Source: the human T2T-CHM13v2.0 reference genome, Homo sapiens
Assembly: GCF_009914755.1 (NCBI RefSeq)
Contig: NC_060929.1
Reading direction: 5' to 3' (one strand)
Length of the DNA stretch: 64,000 nucleotides
Shown: positions 26,901 through 41,348 of the stretch, piece by piece
Position numbering within the stretch: the first letter of the stretch is position 1
How the letters are laid out: the number at the start of each line of letters is the position of its first letter
Made by a program: the position numbers and the translations under genes
Notes under the pieces: generated by a model
Seen by the model: only the letters and a program-made list of their open reading frames with translations
Told to the model about the DNA's origin: nothing
Databases searched by the model: none

Positions 26901-27124
26901 TTAGATTAATTTGGGAGCATCAAGGTAAGTACCTGAAGCCATTTTTAGAGATTACAGCTTGAGAAAAAGAGCTTCAAATTACGGTAAAAAGACTTCTCTG
27001 GAAATTCAGAAAGAGAAAAATTCAACCACTAAACTACTTAGATGGAGTTTCCAAAGAAGTAGGAGGCAAACCAGGTAAATATGTCATAGGAGTCAAAGAA
27101 AGAATTCAGAGGTTAGGATCAACA

Positions 27125-27416
27125 TTCTCCCATCATTTTGATGTCTGAGACAAGGGTGCCAGCATGGTCAGATTCTGGTGTGGGCCCAATTTCTGGTTTA
27201 CAGATGGCATTCTTGTGTCTGTGTCCTTACGTGGAGCAGAAGAGAGAGAGGTAACAAGCTCTCTCATGCATCTTCTTACAAGGGCACTAATCCCACTCAA
27301 TAAGGGCTCCAGCTCTAGGATCTAATCATCCCCAAAGACTCTACCTCATAATACCATTACTTTGGCAGAATTTCATAATATGAATTTGGAAGGACACAAA
27401 TATTCAGCCCACAACA
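27125..27416 (-). mobile_element. MLT1A-like LTR (partial)
   Basis: 'gggtgccagcatggtcagattctggtg', 'cttcttacaagggcactaatccca', ends tattcagcccacaaca. Confidence 0.8.
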
Positions 27417-27635
27417 TAGAGAAATATGTTAATATTATGTAAATATTGTTCCTCCTCATTTTTTTCTCATACTTTTAGTATTAATTGATATTTTCTAACT
27501 CCATTATTATTTCTCTTTATTGGTTGGTGTTCTACTACAAGGAAGAATGTTCCTGTTTAAAATTTATATGTATTATATGAACTCATGATTCTTCAGTTGT
27601 CCAATAGTTTATAATCCACTACTCTGTCTCTTTCT

Positions 27636-27813
27636 CTATATATGTGTGTGTATGTGTGTATATATGTATTATATGTGTGTGTATATATGTATATATATGA
27701 TATATACATTACGTATGATATACAGATTTGTATATATCTATATATATACACACACATATAGATACACACACATATATATTCATTATATATAATATACATA
27801 TATACACACACAC
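27636..27813. repeat. TA/TG/CA low-complexity microsatellite
   Basis: About 180 bp of alternating purine-pyrimidine dinucleotides. Confidence 0.95.
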
Positions 27814-27845
27814 ATCCTGGCTCTTGCAACCTTTTGACATGTTTC

Positions 27846-28115
27846 TGTCTTAGTCTGCTTAGGCTGTGATGCTAAAATATTAATGACTGGGTGACTTAAA
27901 TTGACTATAGACATTGTTTTTTCCTCACAGTTCTGGAGGCTGAACGTCTGACATTAGGGTACCAGCATGGTCTGGTTGTGGTAAGGGCCCTCTTCCTGGG
28001 TTACAGAAAGCTGCCTTCTTACTGCGGTCTTGCATGGTAGATCAATCTCTCTTTTTCTTCCTTTTCTTATAAGGCCACACCAATCCTATCAGATCAGGGT
28101 CCCACCCTTCTCATC
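27846..28115 (-). mobile_element. MLT1A-like LTR (partial)
   Basis: 'tgtcttagtctgcttaggctg', 'ctcacagttctggaggctg', 'cttataaggccac'. Confidence 0.8.
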
Positions 28116-29645
28116 AGTATTTGTTTTTAAACATAAGTTTATTTTCTATTAAGGTTTTCATGTATTTCTGTTTCCTTCTAAGATATTTACATTTTATATT
28201 TCTGGGATTTTAACATTCGTATATTTCATAATATATTTGAATGGTTATAACTTTATCTAACAATTATGCAATACTTTAGTATTTTTTTCCAAATTCCCTT
28301 AAATTCCATTAGTCAGTATTAATTTCTAGTATTTATGGACAAATTCTTAAGTCTGATCACATAACATTCCTTACTGCACTCTATTATTAATTAATTTAGT
28401 TGTATCATAACATATATACTGTAGTTCATTGATAGCAATATAGGTATTTTTAAAAGCTACACTAGTGTTTATTCCATAAGGACAGAATCATGCATATTCA
28501 ATCTGAATTAAATAAGGTATGCAAGGGAAAATATGACAGTATAGTAAATGAGTGTACCAAAATCAACATCTAAGTTTAGAGTTCAATAAAAAATGTAATT
28601 ATATTGGTCTGCTATGATTTATGATTTACTCTTGCTGTTTATTGCTCAGCAATTGATTATGATCCAGATGTTTAAAACTTTCTATTCCACTTTTTAATTT
28701 TCAGTTTTGTTGGAATTTTTATCTTATGGCCACTCTAAAGGAAGTGTGTAATTTCCTTTGAAGAGAAGAATATATATTAGAAAACTAAAGCTGTCCTCTG
28801 AGATTTTCTTAATTTCATGATCAGTATGCCTATAGGTGGTTTCACTAACAGTTGACAATATCCCACGCAGCAATAACAGACACCCATAATCCCTACCATC
28901 TTTGGTTAATGGCTCTGCCTTTTGGATCCACGTGCATGCAATCATTGCAAGACCTATTATAGATGTTTAAGCATTTTTATCTAGCTAGCAAGTAGGCAAA
29001 TCCAGCAATTATAACTTAAATGTAAACTACATATTATTTGAACATATGTTATAGAGTAAAAAATTTGAAAGCTAAGAAAGAAATGAACAGTTATGTTTTT
29101 CTTTTCTTCTCTCTTACCCTGGAAAAAGAATCTATCTCACTCAGACTACTTTATTGTACTTAATGGTACAAAATATAAATATGAACAGAGAAAACAATAA
29201 ATATAACAAAAGAAAAGAGTGATAACTAATAGCAAGTGGTTCAAGTAAAAGTATAAATAGAGATGTTGGAAAGGTAGTAACACATTTCTTCTGGCTAAGG
29301 AATAAAGACAGCTCAAGAGTTTAAGTTTGGTACATATTTGGATAATTTGGGGTATAAGAGGAGCACATATATTATGAAAATCAGTTTAAAGATACTTAGC
29401 AAAAAATTAAAAATTTACACTAGAAAAAATAAAGGAATTCTAGCCATAGAGCTTATGACAATTAAATCCAAGAGATCATGTATTTGTATAAGATACAAAA
29501 GAAAGTAAATGTTACATGCCTTTTAATCAAAGGAACAAAATATTTTTGCATACAAAACAGAGAAAAGAAAACCCTCCAAAAATAAATAATTAAAAGAGAT
29601 GACTCTGTGAACGCTACCTGAATAATGTTCTGAATATTGTTTTTA

Positions 29646-29984
<339 letters not shown>

Positions 29985-30129
29985 TGAATATTGTTTTTAA
30001 ATGCTAATATGAAAACAGAAACACTCAAACTTGATTCAGGCCTTTATTTAGGGGACACTATTGGACAATTTAGAGAAATAAAAATTAATCTCCCGAATTT
30101 TTGCACTTGCGTTTGTGAGGAATATTGCA

Positions 30130-30880
30130 TTGTAGTAATCTTCTGCAACATTTTTGTATGTGTTTGCTATTAAGGTGATTCTAGAATTCTGGCCCAACAA
30201 AATTAATTAGAAAACGTTCTCTTCCCTGCTCTTTTCAGAAAGAGTTTGAATATAATCATTTTTTTCCTTCTAAAATGTTTCTTTTAATTGACTGGGGAAG
30301 TGATTTGGGCCTAAGGTTTTTTTTTTAAAGTATGTATTCAATTGTTTAATAGATATAAGGCTATTCAGATTATTTATTTCTTTTTGTATATGTAATTTGT
30401 ATGTTTCAAATAATTTGTTCATTTTCAAATATTTTGGCCTAAATTTGTTCAGCATATTCTCCTATTACCATTTTAATGTCCACAGGATGTATAAATAATA
30501 TTGGTATATTCCTATATTGGCTGGTATTATTGTGCTTTCTCCGTCTCTGTTTTTCATGATCATTTTATAAAGAATTTAACAATATAATTATATTTTCAAA
30601 AAACCCATATTTTGTTTTCTTTCTGGTTTTCTAACATAAAAACCATTTACTCAATGACACATTTTCTAAGGGTTGCTTTAGTCTTACTCTACACATTCGA
30701 TTTTATATTCTGTGCTTTTATTTCATTCTATTTAAAATATTTTAATATTGAATATTAAAATTATTTTTTTATGTTTACTGAAATTAAGGTTATTTGGGAT
30801 GTTATTAAATTTCCAAATATTTGCAGATTATCAAAATTATCTTTCTCTTACTGATAACTAATTATATATTGGCCTAAACC
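30130..30880 (-). mobile_element. Old L1M ORF2 fragment
   Basis: ORF 30270..30455 KEINNLNSLISIKQ...KKTLGPNHF matches L1 ORF2 EEIENLNRPI...KSPGPDGF. Confidence 0.75.
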
Positions 30881-31369
30881 ACACTATGTAAAACAACTTG
30901 TTCAAATACTCTGAACTTTGGAGGTTATAGGGTTTATTCTCAGATATTAAAAAATAAATAAAACTTTGCTTTGCATGCATACACTTCATGAAACTTCTGT
31001 ATTCTTCATCGTTAGCCAGAACCTCAGATAAGAGTGAGATGTGTCGGTCTCATACGCCAATCACATTGCTATTCAGTATGGCGCACATGGGCATGTGTTG
31101 ACAAGTAAAAGTGTTGGGGTACAAAGCACACAAATGTGAAATCAAGTTTCTTATTGCCTAATGACCCCCGATGTGGTATCCAAAACAAAAATAAAGTGAG
31201 CATAATGTTTCGTTTTATTTTATGGTAATACTAATACGTGAATTCTTATCTCCAATACTTTGAAAAACTAATTAAATATACAAAAAATAATTTTAATGCC
31301 AAAATAATTATAAATGTTACTATAATAAATTAATTATTAAAATGTATCCTACAAGCATTTTCACCTAGA

Positions 31370-32205
31370 AATATGTATTTATGTTTCCTCCATGTCTTTT
31401 CATGGCTTGAAACGTATTTCTTTTTAACACTGAATATCTTTCACTATCAGGCACCACAGTTTATTTGCCCATTCACCTGCCGAAGAACATTGTTTTATTT
31501 TGTTTGTGCTGCTATATAGGAATACCTGAAGCTGGCTAATTTATAGAGAAGAGGTTTATTTGGCTCACAGTTCTCCAGGCTGTATAAGAAGTATGGCACC
31601 AGCACCTCATTCTGGTGAGGGCCTCAGGCTGCTTCCACTCATGACAGAAGGTTAAGGGGAGTTGGTGTGTGCAAATGACCTAGCAAGAGAGGAAGCAAAA
31701 GAGAGAACAGAGGAGGTGTCAGGCTCTTTTCTACAAGTTCTTCTGGAAACTGAGTGAATACCCACTCATGGCTGCAATAACAGCACCAAGCCATACACAG
31801 GGGATCCACCCGCACAACCCAAACACCTCGCATCAGGCCCCACCTCCCACACTGGTGAGCAAATTTCAACAGGAGATTTGGCAGGGCCAGACAAACCATA
31901 CCCAAACTGTCTGACATTTTATCAATTATGAATAAAGCTGCTGTGAACATTCATGTGCAGTTTTTTGTGTAGACATGAGTTCTTTTACTCTTTTGAGCAA
32001 ATACCAAGGGCTGTAATTGCTAGACTGTATTATTATTGTATGTTTGGTTGTATAATAAATCACCAAACTGCCTACCAAAGTGGCTATACCACTTAGTATT
32101 TGCATCAGCAATAATTGGAAATTCCTGTTGTTCTACATCCTCACCAGCGTTAAGTGTTGTCAGTGTTTTGAATTTTAAAGAAATGTGTAGTGGTAGCTCA
32201 TTGTT
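31370..32205 (-). mobile_element. L1MC-type 3' region interrupted by MSTB
   Basis: 'catgtcttttcatggcttga', 'aattatgaataaagctgctgtgaacattcatgtgcag', 'ccaaagtggctatacc'. Confidence 0.8.
31491..31912 (-). mobile_element. MSTB-like LTR
   Basis: 'ggctcacagttctccaggctgtataagaagtatggcaccagca...ctggtgagggcctcagg', 'aaatttcaacaggagatttgg'. Confidence 0.88.
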
Positions 32206-32259
32206 GAGATGAGCAAACTCTTGATATATTCAGTGAAAGAAACATCTGTAAAGGCTGAA

Positions 32260-33130
32260 GTAACCTTTAGTAATGTGGTTGTGAGATGTGGGGTGGCAAA
32301 GAGAGAAGTGTTCTATAGTCCCATGAGCAGATTTAGTAAGTCTGTACCAGTGAACTGTGAACTTCATACATGCTTCTAAAATCCACCTGCCTGTCTTTGG
32401 TGAGAAAGAATGTCTAGAGTAGGCTACAACTGTGTCTTTGCCTTCTCTGAATCCATCTAGGTTCTCATTAAACCCAGCAGGTTAGTCTCTGGTAAAAACA
32501 GTTTCTCCTGCAGGTAGGTCTTGTTAAGAAAAACAGATGCTCTGAAGTATTTCAAAATGGTTATCTTTCCCCTCCCCCTGCCAGAAAAATCAGGGAAATT
32601 TTCTCTGATATTTACTGTAAGGACAGGGTCAAGCTGGCAAATTTCACAAAATGTGGGATCCTCCGGTGACTGAGTCCCCTTGGAGTTGTCATGTCTCAGG
32701 GATGATATTTCATATCTGATTCGTGAAATCAGAGATGTGATTTGTAAAATTTGTTCTACCTGCAGTAGAAAGTATTTAACCAGAGACTAACCTGCTTGGT
32801 TTAATGAGAACCCAGCTGAACTCGGAGAAGGGAAAGACACAATTTTAGCCTACACTAACTTGTCCACACTAAGCCTCCAGAAATTAATCACTTATAACGC
32901 AAGTTTCCCTACACCAATATGGGTTATCTTTGAGGTTCGTGCTTGAAGGTTTCTGCTCTGGTAAACCAAGACTTTGGCCCTCACCTGTAGGTCTCTCCAA
33001 TTTGGTGAGCAGTGGTTTGCCCTGTGACCGCATTTCTATGAGAAACCTAAGGAATTTTTTTGTTTGTTCAGCTTTTGTTGTTTGGATGAAGTGGTGATTT
33101 CTAGCTTCTTACGTACCTGACAGGAGAGTT
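32260..33130 (-). mobile_element. L1MC-type 5' region carrying an internal inverted duplication
   Basis: 'agtaatgtgg...ttctatagtcc...actgtgaacttca', 'tatttcaaaatggtta..tttcccctccccctgccag', 'acttgtccacactaagcctccag'. Confidence 0.7.
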
Positions 33131-34798
33131 CTAGTAGATTTTTTAAACCTGCTTTTTGTTTTAATTGATTCACTATGCTGTATAATTCTTTCATTTCAGT
33201 GAGAAAAAAAATGGAAAGAAATATTCTCCAACATATATTGTTATACTAGGAAAATGAATTTAAAGAGAAATTGTGAAATTATAAAATGAAAGTTATGAAC
33301 ATATAAACTTTGATAGTGCTAGCATAATAAAATGAAACAAAGGCAATCGATCAATAAGCAAGCTAAGCTAATTGTAAATCCTTCCTCATTATGTTATCAT
33401 TAGAAATTGAGATAAATTGGAAAATGCTTAAAAACTTCCTACAGCAAAAGTCTTTTCCTTTGAAATTAATTAAGAAAACATAGATCTCTTTGAAAACTTC
33501 CAACTAGGAGTAATTTAAATATGATCACTCAATTGCAAATAAAATAATTAATGTATTAATAATTTCAATGTTATTATTATATTTGCTTATAGATTAACTT
33601 GTTTCAGTAGCTTGGTTAACATTTGAAACAGTAATTAAAGAACGAAAAATTCGGTCAGTCATCCAGGTGTGTTATTTTCAAATGTAAAATAAATATATGA
33701 GATAGCTTGGTGTTGGAGATGCAGAATATAAATTAAATTAATTTATATTATATGTATAAATAATTACTTTATATATAAGTAATTGGTTTATATATATATA
33801 CACATGTACATACATTTTCAAGTGAATATTAAGTTTGTTAGATTTACACTTACTATTTCCACTAAGGAATTAAAGTTTAACTTGTATTAATGTTATATGT
33901 ACATATAGTGAATATTCTTTCTTAGGAAATTTATTCAAAAGGAAACAAAGAGAAAAGATGATGTCGTTCTAATACAAATAATGACAATGTTAAAAAAAAA
34001 GCAATAATCCAAACTCTGTATTCCACAATACCAGGATACTTTGATACCTTTCTTATGTAGTATCTAGGAAAATATAATACCAAATAAAGAAAAGTTCAAG
34101 TAAGCATAAGGAAGGATTCTGAGAAAGCTTTTTAGGTTGCATACATCCCACAAAGCCAACAGAGCACCTTTCCCTAAATAATATGGCACATTTAAGGAAA
34201 AAAAGCTTCAAGTTGTATTTCAGAATCGATGTAGAGAAATTAAACCAGGTTGTAAGAACTGATGGTGAGGCTGTATTTGACATCAGGAAGATTCAAAGAA
34301 AATGGCCCTGAATTGTAAATTATATATATGAATTCTCATGAAAAGGACCATTATTGAGGCATAGTGGATAACTTTGGAGTTGTAAACTGACTTGAAATAT
34401 ATACTGTAAATATATAACTCTGTGTATATGTATTATATCTGTACAAATATGATCGTATGGCATACCTAAGTTCTTCGTACAACCTGGAGAATTACTAATA
34501 GCCAGTCACATAGTCCTTGTCTCTCCTTCACATTAATTCTCTCTATTTGCTTTTCTAGTTATTTGTCATCCCATTATTAAAAAAATCAACAAACTAAGAA
34601 ATAATTACAGAAACTAGACAATATCACTTCAAGAAAAAAATAACAAAGGTAAAATAACAAACAAAGCTTCCAAAACTTCTGGAACTTTGTACAACAAATC
34701 AAGAGAAGTTAAGAATTTAGCCAAATGAATTGCTACTAATAATATAATAACAATAATGAGATAACCACACCACAAAATGAAGAACTAAAGAAGCTACA

Positions 34799-35288
<490 letters not shown>

Positions 35289-35431
35289 TTACTAACCAGA
35301 AAAAGATAAAATGGATCACGGTAGAGTTAATTTAAGGAGAAAAGAAGCTCACAAGCCATACAAAGATGTTAGGTCATGTCCCACGAAGAGCGACCAAAGC
35401 AGTGAAACAAACAAAAGGAAATCATCAACCC

Positions 35432-35930
35432 TGTATAGTAGACAGCCCCCAAAGGTATCCACTTTCAAATCCTGAGGACATATGAATATATTATGTTACC
35501 CGGCAAGAAAGATTTTGCAGATATGATTAAGTTTATGAACCTTGAGATGGATAGATTGTCTCAATTGTCCAGTTGGGTCTGAATTAATCGTATGAATTCT
35601 TAAATGCACAGGACCATTCTGGGCTGTGGCTAGACAAAGAAAAATGAGGAAAGAGGAAGGGTCAGAGAGATGTGAGTTCCCAGCTTTAAAGATGAAGGAA
35701 AGCGTCATGAGCCAATTAATTAATTCAGGGATCTTCTAGAAGTTATAAAAAGCAAGAAACAAAGCACCCCCCAGATCCCCCAGAAAGCAGTGCATCTTTG
35801 CTGATGCCTTGATTTTAGCTCAATATTATCACTGTCAGACATGTGAGCTAATTTATATTCTGTAGTTTTGTGTTACTTTAACTTGCAAAGGTCATGAGAA
35901 TGTGCATGATAGGGATAGAAAACCCACATA
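35432..35930 (+). mobile_element. MLT1D-like LTR
   Basis: 'gattttgcagatatgattaag...ccttgagatgga', 'gctttaaagatgaaggaa', 'ccttgattttagc'. Confidence 0.8.
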
Positions 35931-36539
35931 CCATGAAGAAAACCAGACATTTCCAATGTTTGGAATATTGGCTAGTGAGCATATACTTTTCTACTTGAAC
36001 AATAAATAATGCAGAAATTCAAGTAAAAGAAATCATGAATCTATAGATTGAAATGCCATACACCATCCCAGGAAAATGTGGTAGAGTAATCAAACTTAGT
36101 CATATCCTTGTCAGTTGCTTGCACTTCAAAGATAAAAAAAGAATTGTCAAGTACGTAGTTAAAATGGCATGCCACAAATTAAGATTTGAAAATTGGGTTG
36201 GTCCCAGAATTTTCCAAAGTAAAGTTATGAGTAGAAGAGAGAGAAACTTTTTTACAAAATTTTCAAGAAAGGAACCCTGCAGATAAATGGACAGATCACA
36301 GTGACTAACTGCCTCTAGTCTAAGAGGTTATCTAAAACCCAGTTTATTTGATCATATAATTCTACTGTCCCTTAGGGTGTTTTACTCATTTAAATGGTCA
36401 AATAGAATCATTCCTACTGTGTCAATATTGCAGCTTGCAAAAGAAAGAAGAAATAGAGGACAAGTAATTTTCTCTTTTGCATATGATCCAAATAAGTTGC
36501 TTATCTCCTTTCTGCATCCAAGAGCTCAGAATAAGTTAG

Positions 36540-36935
<396 letters not shown>

Positions 36936-36956
36936 AAAACTTGATGATTCTATTTC

Positions 36957-39068
36957 AGATATGGTTTGGCTGTGTCCCCACCCACATCTCAACTTGAATT
37001 GTACTTCTATAATTCCCACATGTTGTGGGAGGGACCAGATGGGAGGTAATTGAATCATGGGGTTGGTTCCCCAATACTGTTCTCATGTAGTGAATAAGTC
37101 TTTATCAGCAGTGTGAAAACAGTAAATTGGTATCGGTAGAGTCGGGTGTTGCTGAAAAGATACCTGAAAATGTGGAAGCGACTTTGAAACTGGGTAACAG
37201 GCAGAGGTTGGAACAGTTTAGAGGGCTCAGAAGAAGACAGGAAAATGTGGGAAAGTTTGGAACCTCCTAGAGATTTGTTGAATGGCTTTGACAAAATTGC
37301 TGATAGTGACATGGACAATGATGTCTAGACTGAGGTGGTCTTAAATAAAGATGAGGAACTTGCTGGGAACTGGAGCAAAGGTGACTCTTATTATGTTTAA
37401 GCAAAGAGACTGGTGGTATTTTGCCCCTGCCCTAGAGATTTGTGGAACTTTGAATGTGAGAGATGATTTAGGATATCTGGTGGAAGAAATTTCTAAGCAG
37501 CAAAGCATTCAAGAGGTGACTTGGGTGCTGTTAAAAACATTCCATTTTAAAAGGGAAACAGAGCATAAAATCAGAAAATTTGCAGTCTGACAATGCAGTA
37601 GAAAAGAAAAAAAAACATTTTTTGAGGAGAAATTAAAGATGGCTGCAGAAATTTGCATAAGTAACAAGGAGCCGAACGTTAATTCCTAAGACAGTGGAAA
37701 AAATGTCTCCAGGGCATTTCATAGGTCTTCTTGGCAGCCCCTCCCATCACAGACCCAGAAGCCTGGAAGGAAGAAACGGTTTCATGGGCTGAGGCCTGGG
37801 TCCCCATGCTGTGTGCAGCCTAGGGACTTGGTGCCCTGCATCCCAGCCACTCCATCTGTGGCTGAAAGGGGCCAACATCAAGCTCAGGCTGTGGCTTCAG
37901 AGCATGCAAACATCCAGCCTTGGCAGCTTCCATGTGGTGTTGAGCCTTCAAGTGCAAAGAAGCCAAAAATTGATGTTTGTGATCCTCTGCCTAGATTTCA
38001 GATGTATAGAAATGTCTGGGTGCCTAGGCAGAAGTTCACACAGGGGCAGAGCCCTCATGGAGAACTGCTAGGGCAGTGTGGAAAAGAAATGTGGGATCAG
38101 AGCCCCTATGCAGAGTCCCTACCAGGGCACCACCTAGTGGAGCTGTGAGAAGAGGGCCACCGTCCTCCAGATCCCAGAATGGTAGATCCACCGAAAGCTT
38201 GCACCATGCACCTGGAAAAGCTGCAGACACTCAACGCCAGCCCATGAAAGCAGCCAGGAGGTGGGCTATACCCTGCAAAGCCACAGGGTGGAACTGCCCA
38301 AGACTATGGGAACCTACTTCTTGCATCAACGTCACCTGAATGTAAGACATGGAGTCAAAGTCATTTTGGAGCTTTAAAATTTGACTGGCCCACTGGATTT
38401 CAGCCTTGCACGCCCCGCCCCCACCAGCCCCTTTGTTTTGGCCAATGTCTCTCATTTGAATTGTTGTATTTACCCAGTGTTTGTGCCCCCATTATATCTA
38501 GGAAATAACTATCTTGCTTTTGATTATACAGGCTCATAGGCAGTAGGGACTTGCCTTGTCTCAGGTGAGACTTTGGACTATGGGCTTTTGAGTTAATGCT
38601 GAAACGAGTTAAGACTTTGGGGGACTGTTGGGAAGGTGTGATTGGTTTTGGAATGTGATTTACATGAGATTTGGCAGGGTCCAGGGGTGGAATGATATGG
38701 TTTGGCTCTATGTCCCCATCTAAATCTCATCTTGAATTGTACTACTATAATTCCCACATTTTGTAGGAGGAACCTGGTAGGAGATAATTGGATCATTGGG
38801 GTGGTTCCCCCCATGCTGTTCTCATGGTAGTGAATATGTCTCATGAGATCTGATGGTTTTATCAGGGATTTCTGTTTTTGAGTCTTCCTCATTCTCTCTT
38901 TGCCTGCTGCTATCCATGTAAGATAGGACTTGCTCCTTTTTGCCTTCTGCCATGATTGTGAGGCTTCCCCAGCCATGTAGAACTGTAAGTCCAATTAAAC
39001 CTCTTTCTTTTGTAAATTGCCCAGTCTCAGGTATGTCTTTATCAACAGCGTGAAAGTGCACTAATACA
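36957..39068 (+). mobile_element. THE1A/B provirus: deleted 5' LTR (36957-~37122), THE1-int, intact 3' LTR (38693-39068)
   Basis: Both LTRs begin (t/a)gatatggtttggct; THE1-int hallmarks (gctgaaaagatacc, ggaactggagcaaaggtgactc, PPT ccaggggtggaa); TSD atttc at 36952-36956 and 39069-39073. Confidence 0.95.
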
Positions 39069-39145
39069 ATTTCTAAAAACAAAAGGAAACAAAACAAAAA
39101 CAGCAGGCAAAAAAATTAGGAAGCAGTTAAAAATGTTTACCCTGG

Positions 39146-40295
39146 TATACTGACATTTCTATGTATGTCATTGTCAATAACTTTCTAAATAAACTACTAC
39201 TTACTGAATCCATCTCATCATCCAAGTGCTTGGGGTAGGCCCTATACTTTTTAGCAAATCAAGATGATATGTCTTTTTATTTCCTGGTGATTGTTACACT
39301 AAAAATAGTTTGCTCTACCCAATATAAATTGGTGAAGTAGGAAGGATAATTACAAAAAGAAAAAAATGTGAAGAATGGAAAGCACACTGCAGTCAGTATT
39401 TCATAGTAGTTATGAATTACTTTACAGAAATTATAGAAACTCCCTTCTCTTTATGGAGAAATTTTCATGATTAGCACATTGGGCAACTCTTAATTCTCCC
39501 TTTGAAATTCTCTTGTGTGTTATCCTCCATGACCCCTGGATTTCCAATGAAGAAAAAACATTCTACTACACTATCCTCTTTGGCCCCATCTAAAGTGGGC
39601 AATGAAGTTTATAGACTGAAGTTTATGTATCTTTGGGGATACAGATATCCTCAGAGGATTTTGGTCTATTTGCTTGCCACGATATTAACAGCAGCTGATC
39701 ACATCTGGTCACAATTCCTAAGACAGATCAGCTGAAATAGCAGGCATGGAGTGAATTGGGGAGAGCCGTACCATTCATCTCTTCTTTGGAGTTGAGCTGG
39801 CTCTCACTGTCTTTCACTTAACTGTAGGGTCTTGAAAAAAGACTCAATGACAATCCTATCTCCTGCTGTTTGGGCTCCAGAAGCCCTTGATTTTTCCAAC
39901 TTTGAGGACCAACATTACCAAAAGTTCAACCAATTTAAATTGCAGGCCATAATCACAGAAATTTCCTCAGAGAGGTGTGGAATTCCCTTCCATTTCTACT
40001 AGCAAATTCGGATTTTTGCTAGAATCAATCAGTCTCTTGTATCACTCTGCTAGAAGCATCAAGGAGTACCAGTAATTGTAGTTTTTCTAATCACTTTTAC
40101 AGAACTACAAGTTCAATAAGCTCATGTTCTGTGTTCTAAGTTATCACAGGTGACAGTCTTAACACCTGTAATTGCCAAGATGAAGATGACCAACTTTCTA
40201 TTTTGCACTATGTATACTGCCTCTATGCCAACTGCTAAGCCAACAATGTGTATTTTAGACTTTTTTGTTATAATAGCACACGCTTCCAATTATCA
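39146..40295 (-). mobile_element. Probable MLT1J-int (MaLR internal region)
   Basis: Lies between two same-orientation MLT1J-like LTRs; boundary 'gcacacgcttccaattatcaattt' resembles the MaLR int/LTR junction. Confidence 0.4.
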
Positions 40296-40742
40296 ATTTT
40301 ATATATTCATGGAGTATAAGTTAAGCCTCTGTAACAAAGAGTTCCAACACAGGACAGCCATTTCTTTATTTTTATGTAATGGCACAGAGGATAATTTTTA
40401 GTCCAGAGTGAGTAGAAAACTCTGCTCCACAAAGACATCTAGGTTCTTTCAATATTTCTAGCTTGTGAAACACTCCCTAAGTTGTATCCCTAGTATGCAT
40501 CACCAAGTGGCTCAATATCTCTGCCTTCTAGCCTGCAGAACTGAAGATGTGAAGGGCAATCTTCTTCTTAAGGTGGTGCCTATAATCTATGCATATCATT
40601 CCCACAGGACTCACTGTCCATAATTAGTTGTAATGCCAAACCTCTTTGCAAACTAAGCTGAGAATGTGCTGGCACTAATTCAGTATTTTTACTATGAAGA
40701 ACAAAATTTTACAAGGGAAAAGAAGGCAGCTTCTGCTTGACA
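40296..40742 (-). mobile_element. MLT1J-like LTR
   Basis: 'taagttaagcctctgtaacaaagag', 'agtccagag...ctctgctccacaaagacatc', 'ttctagcctgcaga'. Confidence 0.6.
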
Positions 40743-41323
40743 TCAAAAAACAATGGAATTATTGACTTTTTACTATGTTCCAGAAACTATTGGATTAACC
40801 ACTGGCTTTACAAGAACTTAATTTATTAACAGCTGAATAATAGAAATAAAATATTCAAGTAAAAGTGTCTAAGTGGCACATGTAAATAATATAAATTAAA
40901 ATTTTATTAAATTATTCACTATATCATAGAACAAAAATCTTGTATTATTCATATCAATTACTTGTTTCCAAAATGTCAATTTACTTTTATAATATGGTCT
41001 CTAATTCAAGTACTTTACTTTTTAAACATTTTATGATATGTATCTCTAAGTAAAAATATATAAAAATAACATCTGAAATATATAAAATAAAGAAATAAGT
41101 CATATGTAGTACTAGTTATTGCTTTTCTGAATAAAAAATAAATACAAGATTAGAGTAAAAATGTAAAGATTCAAGATAATGTTTAATTTTAGACTAATTT
41201 ATAAATACAAATTATAACATTCTCTGTGTCTTTACCATTTTTACACAAATAAAGTTACCTTAAATTTTACTCTAGACTTTTATTTTTAATATTGCTTTAA
41301 TTACTGACTTTTCTGTAAATGTA

Positions 41324-41348
41324 TTTTTTTTTTTTTTTTTTTTTTTTT
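41324..41348. repeat. T25 homopolymer
   Basis: Uninterrupted T run followed by AG. Confidence 0.95.

Noticed and set aside
28724-28960. Unique-looking 73-aa minus-strand ORF
   Set aside because: No recognisable homology and no convincing splice signals
30980-31190. Non-repeat stretch with a CCAAT box and a few CpGs as a promoter
   Set aside because: No CpG island or other promoter evidence
37351-38455. Cluster of overlapping ORFs in a more GC-rich stretch
   Set aside because: Fragments of the decayed THE1-int region
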